Source: Nitrosopumilus sp. | GTDB lineage: Archaea > Thermoproteota > Nitrososphaeria > Nitrososphaerales > Nitrosopumilaceae | Length of the DNA stretch: 64,000 nucleotides | Assembly: GCA_965249555.1 (NCBI GenBank) | Contig: OZ252243.1 | Location: 1,344,001-1,408,000, forward strand | Direction: 5' to 3' | In this document: positions 7,970-16,556 of the stretch, piece by piece | Numbering within the stretch: position 1 is the stretch's first letter | How the letters are laid out: each line of letters opens with the position of its first letter | Notes under the pieces: generated by a model | Seen by the model: only the letters and a program-made list of their open reading frames with translations | What the model was told of the DNA's origin: nothing | The model's database searches: none | Made by a program: the position numbers and the translations under genes

Positions 7970-8427
7970 AACTTCAAGTGTTTTTTAGCATTATCTGGTA
8001 TTATCATCAGAATCTTTCTTTTTTCAACTTCATCTAGATTATTGATGATTTTTTTAATCGTTTCAGCAAGAATTTCTTTTTCATTTTTCTCTAATGTTAA
8101 AAATATTTCTAGAATTCCATCCAAATGAAAATTGATTAATTTTTGTGGAGATCGTGATACTTCAATTATATATGCTGAAAATAGTCCATCTCTTTGCTCC
8201 TCTGAAAGAGTTGTTAAAATTTTCAGCCATGATCTGAAAAGCTTAGAAAAATTGGGAAACGGAATAGTTGGCCCTGCTTCTAATGCATTGTTTATTATCT
8301 CTGTTCTTTCAGATTCAGATAACGAAAAAAATTCCACCATTCTTTTTTTCAAAATTGGATTTCTTAAAAAGTCTGGAAGACTAGCCAAGTTAATTATAAT
8401 ATTTCCAGCAAAATTTTCTTCTACCAT
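7966..8427 (-). CDS. hypothetical helical protein
   Basis: Long ORF with native composition. Start placed at MVEENFAG. Confidence 0.65.
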   Translation of the reverse strand: MVEENFAGNIIINLASLPDFLRNPILKKRMVEFFSLSESERTEIINNALEAGPTIPFPNFSKLFRSWLKILTTLSEEQRDGLFSAYIIEVSRSPQKLINFHLDGILEIFLTLEKNEKEILAETIKKIINNLDEVEKRKILMIIPDNAKKHLKF

Positions 8428-8507
8428 CGATCTAAAAGAATTTCTATCTGATATTAAATCATGTGCAAACACTTTAGCTTAAATAAACGAAATAGAATCT
8501 CAACAGC

Positions 8508-9509
8508 ATGACATCAACTGTTGTTGTTGGCGGATTTTTTGGAGATGAAGGTAAAGGAAAGATCATCTCATATTTGGCTATCAAAGATAATCCAAAAATC
8601 ATAGTACGTGGCGGTGCTGGTCCAAATGCTGGCCATACAATTAGAGATGGTGATAAAGTATACAAAGTTAGAATGCTTCCAAGCGGATTTCTTAATAAAG
8701 ATGCTAAAGTAATGATTGGTCCTGGAGTCGTTATCAATCCAGATATTTTGAAAAAAGAAATTCAAGATTTTAATGCGTCAGGACGTTTGTTTATTGATAA
8801 ACACTGTGGTATTATCGAAGAAACTCATCTAACGCGAGATTCTAAAGGTGAACTAAAAGAAAAAATTGGAAGTACTGGCTCTGGTACTGGTCCTGCTAAT
8901 GCAGATAGGGCTATGAGAGTTTTAAAACTAGCAAAAGACATTGACTCTTTATCTTCACTCATCGTAGATGTCCCCCAGGAAATAAATTCTGCACTTTCTG
9001 CAAATGAGAATGTACTGGTGGAAGGTACACAAGGAACTTTTCTTTCTTTATGGCATGGAACATATCCGTTTGTGACCTCAAAAGATGTTACTGCATCTGG
9101 AATATGTGCTGATGTTGGTCTTGGTCCTACCAAAGTTGATGAGGTAATTGTTGTTTTCAAATCATATGTCACGCGTGTTGGAACTGGTCCTCTTGAGAAC
9201 GAGCTCTCACTAGATGAGGCTGAAAAAAAAGGATGGTCAGAATTTGGTACTGTAACTGGTCGTCAGAGGCGTGCAGCTGATTTTGATTTTGATTTAGCTA
9301 GGCGTGCAATCATGCTTAATGGTGCAACACAAATCTCTATAACAAAATTAGATGTTCTTTTTCCTGATTGTGCTGGTGAAACTTTATTTGATAATATATC
9401 TAAAGATGCAAAAGCATTCATAAAAAATATTGAAGATGAATTAAACACGCCTGTAACAATCATTGGAACTGGTCCAGATACTAATGATGTCATCGATAGA
9501 AGAAGTTAG
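8508..9509 (+). CDS. purA: adenylosuccinate synthetase (short archaeal form)
   Basis: Motifs GDEGKGK, GPNAGHT, EGTQG, YVTRVGTGP, GTVTGRQRR and TKLD. Confidence 0.97.
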   Translation: MTSTVVVGGFFGDEGKGKIISYLAIKDNPKIIVRGGAGPNAGHTIRDGDKVYKVRMLPSGFLNKDAKVMIGPGVVINPDILKKEIQDFNASGRLFIDKHCGIIEETHLTRDSKGELKEKIGSTGSGTGPANADRAMRVLKLAKDIDSLSSLIVDVPQEINSALSANENVLVEGTQGTFLSLWHGTYPFVTSKDVTASGICADVGLGPTKVDEVIVVFKSYVTRVGTGPLENELSLDEAEKKGWSEFGTVTGRQRRAADFDFDLARRAIMLNGATQISITKLDVLFPDCAGETLFDNISKDAKAFIKNIEDELNTPVTIIGTGPDTNDVIDRRS

Positions 9510-9558
9510 GCTCCAAAGTTTTGGATAAGTTTAATTTGATTATCTACAGAAAACCTCT

Positions 9559-10245
9559 ATGAACAAATTACAAACTTCTTCTGATGATAAATTACCACGT
9601 TACATTCAAGTAAATTCACCTTTGGAATTCTCTAGACTTGTTTGTGCACTTGAGCGTGCACCACGTGTATCTTTCTTACATGATTATAATGGGCAAAAAA
9701 TTTTATCCGTACAAATGGACATTCTTAAAGAAAAACCAATTGTATATTATACTCATCTAGAAAATATCGGTCATTATCTTTGCTATGGATTAAAAGGAGG
9801 AAAAGAAGAATCTGAAATTGTAAATACCACTTCTGATGCAAGCAAACTTTATTCTCCTATAGTTAAAATTAAATCTCTTCCAAAAACTTTGAGACCCGGT
9901 AATGGAACTCTTGATAGATATCAACCAATTGAATTAGAGGACATGTCCAGTCTTGCAAAACTCACTTGGGGTTTTGATGAAATCCCTTTCCCATTATTTC
10001 TATTTCCACACAATGACAAATGGCTTATTGGGGTTTTCATGAATTTTAATGAAGAAGGAACATCCTACTTTTGCCATGTAGTTTTAGATAGCGATCCACA
10101 AAAGCCTTTCATAAAATTTTCACCAGCTAATGGTTCTGAACCTAGTTTTGTAGAAAATCCATCTGAACATGGTTATTCCTATATCAAAATAATAAAATTA
10201 AAAGACACACATCCGTTAGTTGATTATGGTCACCTTCAAAACTAG
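9559..10245 (+). CDS. hypothetical protein
   Basis: 228-aa ORF overlapping pyrF. No recognisable motif. Confidence 0.7.
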   Translation: MNKLQTSSDDKLPRYIQVNSPLEFSRLVCALERAPRVSFLHDYNGQKILSVQMDILKEKPIVYYTHLENIGHYLCYGLKGGKEESEIVNTTSDASKLYSPIVKIKSLPKTLRPGNGTLDRYQPIELEDMSSLAKLTWGFDEIPFPLFLFPHNDKWLIGVFMNFNEEGTSYFCHVVLDSDPQKPFIKFSPANGSEPSFVENPSEHGYSYIKIIKLKDTHPLVDYGHLQN

Positions 10246-10966
10246 ACTTTCAAAATCCTCAAAAACACATGGAAACGTGATTCTTGCAAATGATTATGAT
10301 CTCTCAGTCAAAAACTTAGAAACAAAAACTATTGAAAATATCAAACAATTACATCCTTTTCTGTGTGGAATTAAACTAAATTTTCATTTACTTCTTCCTC
10401 TGAGTGGTAAAGAAATTCTCAAAATCAACAAAACAGCTCATAGATATGGTTTACAAACAATTGCAGACATTAAACTCAATGATATTGGAAATACTAATCA
10501 AATAACAACTGAGAATCTTTGGAATTTAGGATTTGATGCAGTTATTGCAAATCCAATAATGGGTCTTGATAGTCTGAAAAATCTTGTGAAATCTGCTCAT
10601 AAACATGACAAAGGCGTTATTACTTTATGTCATATGAGTGCACCAGAAGCTAAATTGTCTTATGATATGGAAGTAAAAATGGGAAAAAAACAGCAACTAT
10701 ATCAATTATTTTTGAATTGGGCTCTAACTGCCAAAGTTGATGGTATTGTGGTAGGTGCAACTTTTCCAAAAATTATTCAATATTGCGCTAAAAAAGCAGG
10801 AAAAAACTTGAGTATATTTTCTCCAGGTGTTGGTACTCAGGGTGGAAGTGCAAATGAGGTAGTATCTGCTGGAACTAATTACCTGATTGTTGGCAGAACT
10901 ATCCTTAATGCTAAAAATCCTGCAAGTGTGGCAGAGACATTACAGCTACAGAGTCTTGGTAAGTAG
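10226..10966 (+). CDS. pyrF: orotidine-5'-phosphate decarboxylase
   Basis: DIKLNDIGNT catalytic motif, plus VVGAT, SPGVGTQGG and IVGRTI. Confidence 0.93.
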   Translation: MVTFKTRLSKSSKTHGNVILANDYDLSVKNLETKTIENIKQLHPFLCGIKLNFHLLLPLSGKEILKINKTAHRYGLQTIADIKLNDIGNTNQITTENLWNLGFDAVIANPIMGLDSLKNLVKSAHKHDKGVITLCHMSAPEAKLSYDMEVKMGKKQQLYQLFLNWALTAKVDGIVVGATFPKIIQYCAKKAGKNLSIFSPGVGTQGGSANEVVSAGTNYLIVGRTILNAKNPASVAETLQLQSLGK

Positions 10967-11365
10967 CATTTGTGCTCTTGTTAACACCGTTTTTGCATTA
11001 TCAAATGTAGTTTTTTCCATTGATGTATTATAATCCATCCAAGTATAATCTAGATGTTCATGTGAAATTATAACTTCTTTAGTTTTTGTTTCAGCCAAGA
11101 AAAACACTACCTTCTTGCGAACTAATTCTCCCTGATATTGAAATTCATACTTGACCCATTCTTCAAAATTTTCTAAAAATGTAATATCTGTAATTCCAGT
11201 TTCTTCTTTAGCTTCTCTAATTGCGGTTTCACGAGTTGATTCTCCTTTCTCCATTTTTCCTTTTATAAAATCCCAATGTCCAGAAGGATAGTGCAATAAT
11301 AAAAACAAAATTTTTGATCCTTCTTTTCTAAATAATACAATTCCAGCAGACGTTTCTTCTATCAT
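10946..11365 (-). CDS. NUDIX hydrolase (Ap4A hydrolase-like)
   Basis: Nudix box KGKMEKGESTRETAIREAKEETG, plus SHEH. Confidence 0.9.
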   Translation of the reverse strand: MIEETSAGIVLFRKEGSKILFLLLHYPSGHWDFIKGKMEKGESTRETAIREAKEETGITDITFLENFEEWVKYEFQYQGELVRKKVVFFLAETKTKEVIISHEHLDYTWMDYNTSMEKTTFDNAKTVLTRAQMLLTKTL

Positions 11366-12153
11366 TTTCCTAACCTTCTTTTCCTTTCTTGAAAAGTTCT
11401 AATTGCTCTCATTAAATCAATTTTTCTAAACTCTGGCCAAAAAATATCCATAAAGACTAGTTCACTGTAGGCACTTTGCCACATCAGAAATCCGCTTAGT
11501 CTCTTCTCTCCTGATGTTCGTAAAACCATATCTGGAGATGGTTGTGGTAAGTGTGATGTGTAAAGATTTGATTCAATTTCTTTTTTGTTAATATCATCTA
11601 CCTTTAAAGAACCATCTTTGATTTTTTCTCCTATTTTCTTAACTGCATCTACTAATTCATACTGCCCTCCATATGCCAATGCAATATTTAGAAAATGATT
11701 ATCATAATTTTTCGTAGCATCATCTAATCGTTTTAAAACATCTTTGATCGAATCTGGTAATAATTCAATTCTTCCAATACCTTTGACTCTCATTTTGCAT
11801 CTGTGAATTCTAGGATCATTGTATAATTTCTCCAATCTCATACGAATTAATTCATAGATGTGCTCCAATTCTTCATCGTTTCTGTCCAAATTCTCTGCTG
11901 AAAGTGCGTATAATGTAACAATTTTGATATCAAATTCTTCACACCAATCAAGAAGGTTTTCTACTGCATCAGCTCCTTTCCAGTGACCTGTTTTTGGTAG
12001 GGCTAGGTGCATTTTAGCCCATCTTCTATTTCCATCTAAAATTAGAGCAACATGATTTGGAATATCTCCATTTTTAACTTCATTTTCTAATCTCTTTCCA
12101 TAGATCTTGTAGATTCCTGTTAACTGAAAAATCACCTCTAATATTTTGCTCAT
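11362..12153 (-). CDS. uppS: cis-prenyltransferase (polyprenyl diphosphate synthase)
   Basis: Motifs HVALILDGNRRWA, YGGQYE, RTSGEKRLSGFLMWQSAYSEL and WPEF. Confidence 0.95.
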   Translation of the reverse strand: MSKILEVIFQLTGIYKIYGKRLENEVKNGDIPNHVALILDGNRRWAKMHLALPKTGHWKGADAVENLLDWCEEFDIKIVTLYALSAENLDRNDEELEHIYELIRMRLEKLYNDPRIHRCKMRVKGIGRIELLPDSIKDVLKRLDDATKNYDNHFLNIALAYGGQYELVDAVKKIGEKIKDGSLKVDDINKKEIESNLYTSHLPQPSPDMVLRTSGEKRLSGFLMWQSAYSELVFMDIFWPEFRKIDLMRAIRTFQERKRRLGK

Positions 12154-12239
12154 GTCATATCACCTTTTGATGATTAATACATAATTGAAGATATCAGTGT
12201 TTTTCTAAAATTCATTTTTATGATGATTTGGGACTAAAT

Positions 12240-13385
12240 TTAGTCTGAAACCATCTCTTGATCTTTATGTTTTCTGTATTTCTTAAAGAGAATCGTGGCT
12301 GAAATCAAAGTTGCGGCTAGTCCTCCTAACAGAGGTGGAATTAATGTAAATGAACTTTCATCATAAATTATTATGTTGGTAAATTGTGATATAATAGGAT
12401 AAAGTGCTGCTAAAACAATAATTCTTAGAATATCACTTATTTGTCTTGGAACTCCGCCAATCCAATTACTGAGCAATATTCCAGCTACTATTGCACCCAT
12501 TCCAATCCATAAGATTGGTAATGCACCTGCAACAAATTGACCAATTATTACTTTATCTGTAATTATTGTAATTAATTCTGGATTATCTTCAATTAACTCA
12601 GAATCAACTGTACTTATTCCAGCTGGTACTGAAGAAAGAATTAATAATATTCCTGCAACCATTGTAAAAATTCTGATAAAACCCATCGGAGTTGGTTTTG
12701 ACCAATTTGACCATGCTCTATCAATATCAAATGCTCTAATCAAGAATGCTCCACCCAAAATACTTACAAGAACAGCAAATATTTCTGTAGTAAAATCAAA
12801 CACACTTGCAATTCCACCAATTAACAAAAGAATTCCTGGAACTCCTAAAAAGAACTTTGAATATCTCGAGTCATAAGCAATCATTTTTAGATATTTTCCA
12901 AAAACTGCATACGAGTACTCTACACTTCTACTTACCTTCATTACAACACGTTGTACAGAGACAACTGGTAGAACATTTTGAATTACTGGAATAACACTTT
13001 CATCGTCTTCACCATCAGAAACAATAACTGCGCCATTGGCAGAAAATTTTTCTAAAACCTTTTTTGTCTCAGCAAGAATTTTTTCATCAGCCTGAACTCC
13101 TCTGTTCTTAACTCCTGCAACAGTTATTACTTCAACTTTGTACCCTTTACTGATTAAATCTTCATATGTTTTGATTGCAGCAAAAATTGAATTTGAATCC
13201 GCATCCTCAGGGTCTTCCAAAGCTAGTCTTTGTGCTGCCTCAATACATGCATCTCTACCTACTACTGGTGTGACAATTCCTGCTTTTTCTCCTACATCAT
13301 TATCTCTATCAATACAAATTACAAGTAATTTGTTAGCAGTGGAAGCATTGACATCATTTTCCACCTTATCTGACTGTTGGGACAT
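12240..13385 (-). CDS. DUF373 family membrane protein
   Basis: LVICIDRDNDVG, DPEDADSN and VSDGEDDE..PVIQ, followed by multiple TM helices. Confidence 0.85.
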   Translation of the reverse strand: MSQQSDKVENDVNASTANKLLVICIDRDNDVGEKAGIVTPVVGRDACIEAAQRLALEDPEDADSNSIFAAIKTYEDLISKGYKVEVITVAGVKNRGVQADEKILAETKKVLEKFSANGAVIVSDGEDDESVIPVIQNVLPVVSVQRVVMKVSRSVEYSYAVFGKYLKMIAYDSRYSKFFLGVPGILLLIGGIASVFDFTTEIFAVLVSILGGAFLIRAFDIDRAWSNWSKPTPMGFIRIFTMVAGILLILSSVPAGISTVDSELIEDNPELITIITDKVIIGQFVAGALPILWIGMGAIVAGILLSNWIGGVPRQISDILRIIVLAALYPIISQFTNIIIYDESSFTLIPPLLGGLAATLISATILFKKYRKHKDQEMVSD

Positions 13386-13456
13386 TCTAATGTTTATTAC
13401 AAAATTGCTTTTTAACGATTTCCAACAAGTATTATTAGTAAAATTCGGTTTTGAGG

Positions 13457-13957
13457 CTAGTCCGGTCTTGACTCATCAGACATTTTGACATATTCCAAAT
13501 ATTCTACTTTTAATGATTCTATTTTTTGTAAGGTTTCATCCATCTCTGCTTCTGTACTTCCTTTTTCGATCATATTGGCTAAAACTTTGGTTTCTACAAT
13601 GTGAGAATTGAATTTTTTCATTGCATTCATATAACTAATGTAACTATCTACCCATTCTTCAGGCGGTTTTGATGTCACAAATTCACTTATTTGAGTAGTT
13701 GTTTGAGATGATGTTACTTCTGTTATTTCGATATAGTTTTCTGGAGAAATTTCCCCATTTAGTAGATTTTGATATTCAATATTGATTGATTCTTGTAAAA
13801 CTTCGTGGATCTTTATTACCCCATCAAGATAGTTACCATAATCTGATATCACAAATGTTGCTTCATTGTCTTGTGGAACTATCCATGACAGAAAGCTTAC
13901 ACCTGTGATTATAGCTAATATTGTGACTGTGATTATAATTCCCTTTTTTGATGCCAT
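13457..13957 (-). CDS. membrane-anchored hypothetical protein
   Basis: N-terminal KK followed by a hydrophobic helix and an acidic helical body. Confidence 0.7.
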   Translation of the reverse strand: MASKKGIIITVTILAIITGVSFLSWIVPQDNEATFVISDYGNYLDGVIKIHEVLQESINIEYQNLLNGEISPENYIEITEVTSSQTTTQISEFVTSKPPEEWVDSYISYMNAMKKFNSHIVETKVLANMIEKGSTEAEMDETLQKIESLKVEYLEYVKMSDESRPD

Positions 13958-14208
13958 TTTGTGACTTTACAATTAGGGAGTTTATAACTGATAATCTTTT
14001 AAAAAATCATCACTTGTTAAATAAATATTAGAAAAAAAACTCTTATTGTATAACTCTGACCATAATTTTTCAAAAAACACTTACATTCATTAAAATTTTT
14101 GACAATTATTGTTTTTTTACACCTAAAAAAATTTACGCGTATCTAGTCTATAGTTAAATAATTTTCACAGCCTCTTCCTAAATACCACCAAGTTTGACAA
14201 ATTTTAGA

Positions 14209-14355
14209 ATGGTTACAGCATATTGCGTAAAATGCAGAGAAAAAAGGGACATTAAAGATCCCGAGGAAACTAAACTAAAGAATGGACGTCCTGCCGTAAA
14301 AGGTACATGTCCTACATGTGGAACTAAAGTTTTCCGTATAGGAAAAATGGAATAA
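14209..14355 (+). CDS. DUF5679-like small zinc-ribbon protein (48 aa; absent from ORF track)
   Basis: MVTAYCVKCREKRDIKDPEETKLKNGRPAVKGTCPTCGTKVFRIGKME*. Confidence 0.85.
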   Translation: MVTAYCVKCREKRDIKDPEETKLKNGRPAVKGTCPTCGTKVFRIGKME

Positions 14356-14422
14356 TCTATAAAAAATCCACACGATTTCTCTTTTTCAAAACCCATATAG
14401 GGTCTAACATGAATTATTTTTC

Positions 14423-14845
14423 GTGACTAAAGCAAAATATGAAAGTCTACTCAAACGCATTCAGACTAAACTAGGTGATTCCAAAAAAGAATCTTCAACC
14501 AGATTCGAGCTTCCAGTTGTGGATGTAATGTGGGAAGGCCAAAAGACTTTTTTACGTAATTTTTCAGAATTCCCAAAAATTCTACGAAGAGATCCAGATA
14601 AAGTTCTTCAATATCTCTCAAAAGAGTTTGCAGTTCCTGCTGAAAGATTAGGAGATAAGGCAATGTTTGTAGGAAGACGAGCCCCTGATGATTTCACTAG
14701 ATTATTCCAAATCTATGTGAAAGATTATCTTGAATGTCGTACATGCAAAAGTCCTGATACAAAAATCACAAAAGAAAACCGTATCTCATTTTTACTTTGT
14801 GAAGCTTGTGGTGCAAAATCTGCTCTAAAAGGTAAATATGCATAA
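14423..14845 (+). CDS. eif2b: translation initiation factor aIF2 beta subunit
   Basis: RFELP, LRRDP, and the zinc ribbon CRTCKSPDT...CEACGA. Confidence 0.93.
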   Translation: MTKAKYESLLKRIQTKLGDSKKESSTRFELPVVDVMWEGQKTFLRNFSEFPKILRRDPDKVLQYLSKEFAVPAERLGDKAMFVGRRAPDDFTRLFQIYVKDYLECRTCKSPDTKITKENRISFLLCEACGAKSALKGKYA

Positions 14846-15141
14846 TGCAATTCTCAGTAAAAGTTTCTAATTATCAAAAAAATACAATGCTCAATATCTG
14901 TGATGTTGAACTATTGGGGAAACAAATTTCTCAAGATGAATTAAACATGAAAATCAGTGAAAGCTATTATGGAGAAAAATTAGTTGATACAGAAGAAGCA
15001 TCATTATTATTAAAAAATTCTTCAATTATTAACATGGTCGGAAAAAAAGTAATTTCTCTATCAATAGAACTTGGGATTGGTTCTGAAAATGGCATTAAAA
15101 CAATATCCGATGTTCCTTTTCTAATTGTTTTTAAAATATAG
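14845..15141 (+). CDS. DUF424 family protein
   Basis: ICDVELLG, ISESYYG and IINMVG, in the usual position next to aIF2b. Confidence 0.85.
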   Translation: MQFSVKVSNYQKNTMLNICDVELLGKQISQDELNMKISESYYGEKLVDTEEASLLLKNSSIINMVGKKVISLSIELGIGSENGIKTISDVPFLIVFKI

Positions 15142-15209
15142 AGTGCATTATGATTTCATTTTTGATCATAAAAGAAATCCATTTTATCTAGTAGGAGTAA
15201 AATTCTGTA

Positions 15210-16001
15210 ATGTCTGATGATATTGATGATGATGTTAGTAGAAAATTAGAATCTAAAATAGATAATAAATTAGCATCAAAATCTAAACGAAAACATTTGG
15301 AAGATGGTTTCAAAAAAGGAAAAGTTGTCAATGAAGTTTTAGACAAACCTACTGTCATGACTCTCTACAAAATGATCAAAGATCACATTATTGCATATGT
15401 TAATGGCTCTATAAGTGCTGGAAAGGAATCAGTTGTTTTTTGGGGTGTTGATGAACATGACGTTAGCGTTGCTTTGAAAATTTATTTAGTGAGCACTTCA
15501 AATTTTAAAAAACGTGAACCCTATATTCTTGGCGATCCTAGATTCTCACGTCTAAAAAAAGGTACAAAGAATCTAGTTTATTTATGGGCAAGAAAGGAAT
15601 TTCGTAATTTATCTCAGTGTTATGATGCCGGAATTCCTGTTCCTCAGCCACTATATGTTACAAATAATGTGCTTGCAATGGATTTTGTGGGACAAAATGG
15701 TGCTCCTGAAAAGTCTTTGTTATATTCAGAGGTAGATGAAGATGATTATAAACAAGCAATCTCAATTATCAAAGATCTCTATCATAAAGCAAAACTGGTT
15801 CATAGTGATTATTCGGAATACAATATTTTCAAAACAGAAAATGGTTTGGTAGTTTTTGATTTAGGTTCTGCAGTCGATCTTAGACATCCTAATGCTCTGG
15901 AATTTCTTAAAAGAGATATTTATAACATAAATAGATTCTTCAATAAAAGAGGAATTTCTGTTGAAGATCAAAATATCGTATTTGAGGACATTGTAAAATG
16001 A
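15210..16001 (+). CDS. rio1: RIO1 family serine/threonine kinase
   Basis: Motifs ISAGKESVV, ALKIY, WARKEFRNL, LVHSDYSEYNI and FDLGSAV. Confidence 0.93.
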   Translation: MSDDIDDDVSRKLESKIDNKLASKSKRKHLEDGFKKGKVVNEVLDKPTVMTLYKMIKDHIIAYVNGSISAGKESVVFWGVDEHDVSVALKIYLVSTSNFKKREPYILGDPRFSRLKKGTKNLVYLWARKEFRNLSQCYDAGIPVPQPLYVTNNVLAMDFVGQNGAPEKSLLYSEVDEDDYKQAISIIKDLYHKAKLVHSDYSEYNIFKTENGLVVFDLGSAVDLRHPNALEFLKRDIYNINRFFNKRGISVEDQNIVFEDIVK

Positions 16002-16555
16002 GCTTTGAAAAATTAATTCGTATTCCAAATGATAGAATAGCTGTTTTGATTGGGAAATCAGGTAATGTAAAATCAAAAATTGAAAAATTATGTCATGTCT
16101 TATTGGATATTGATGGTGATACAGGAGAAGTTTTGATAAAATCTCAAGGAGATATTGAAAATATTCAACCATTCAAAGCACAAGAAATTGTTACAGCAAT
16201 TGGTCGAGGTTTTTCACCTGAAAATGCTTTGACTTTGTTAAATGGCGAAAATGCATTGCATGTAATAGATCTTCGAGAGTTTGCAGGAAAGTCTAGTGCA
16301 AATGTTGAAAGGATAAAAGGGAGAATTATTGGAGAAGGTGGTAGAGCAAGGCGAAATATGGAAAATCTTAGTGGTACGCATATCTCAGTTTATGGAAGAA
16401 CTGTTTCAATTATTGGAGATTCAAGTAAATTACGAATAGCTGTTGATGCAATATCTGCTATTTCAAGTGGAAGTAACCATGGTCCAGTATATACTAAATT
16501 GGAAGCTGCAAATAGACAAGCAAAACAAGAAAAAATGAAATTGTGGGAAGATTAA
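15998..16555 (+). CDS. KH-domain rRNA processing protein (Dim2/Pno1)
   Basis: LIGKSG, AIGRGFSPE and RIKGRIIGEGG; follows rio1. Confidence 0.92.
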   Translation: MSFEKLIRIPNDRIAVLIGKSGNVKSKIEKLCHVLLDIDGDTGEVLIKSQGDIENIQPFKAQEIVTAIGRGFSPENALTLLNGENALHVIDLREFAGKSSANVERIKGRIIGEGGRARRNMENLSGTHISVYGRTVSIIGDSSKLRIAVDAISAISSGSNHGPVYTKLEAANRQAKQEKMKLWED

Positions 16556-16556
16556 G

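Noticed and set aside
14178-14396. 72-aa minus-strand ORF
   Set aside because: It is the shadow of the real + strand zinc-ribbon gene 14209..14355.
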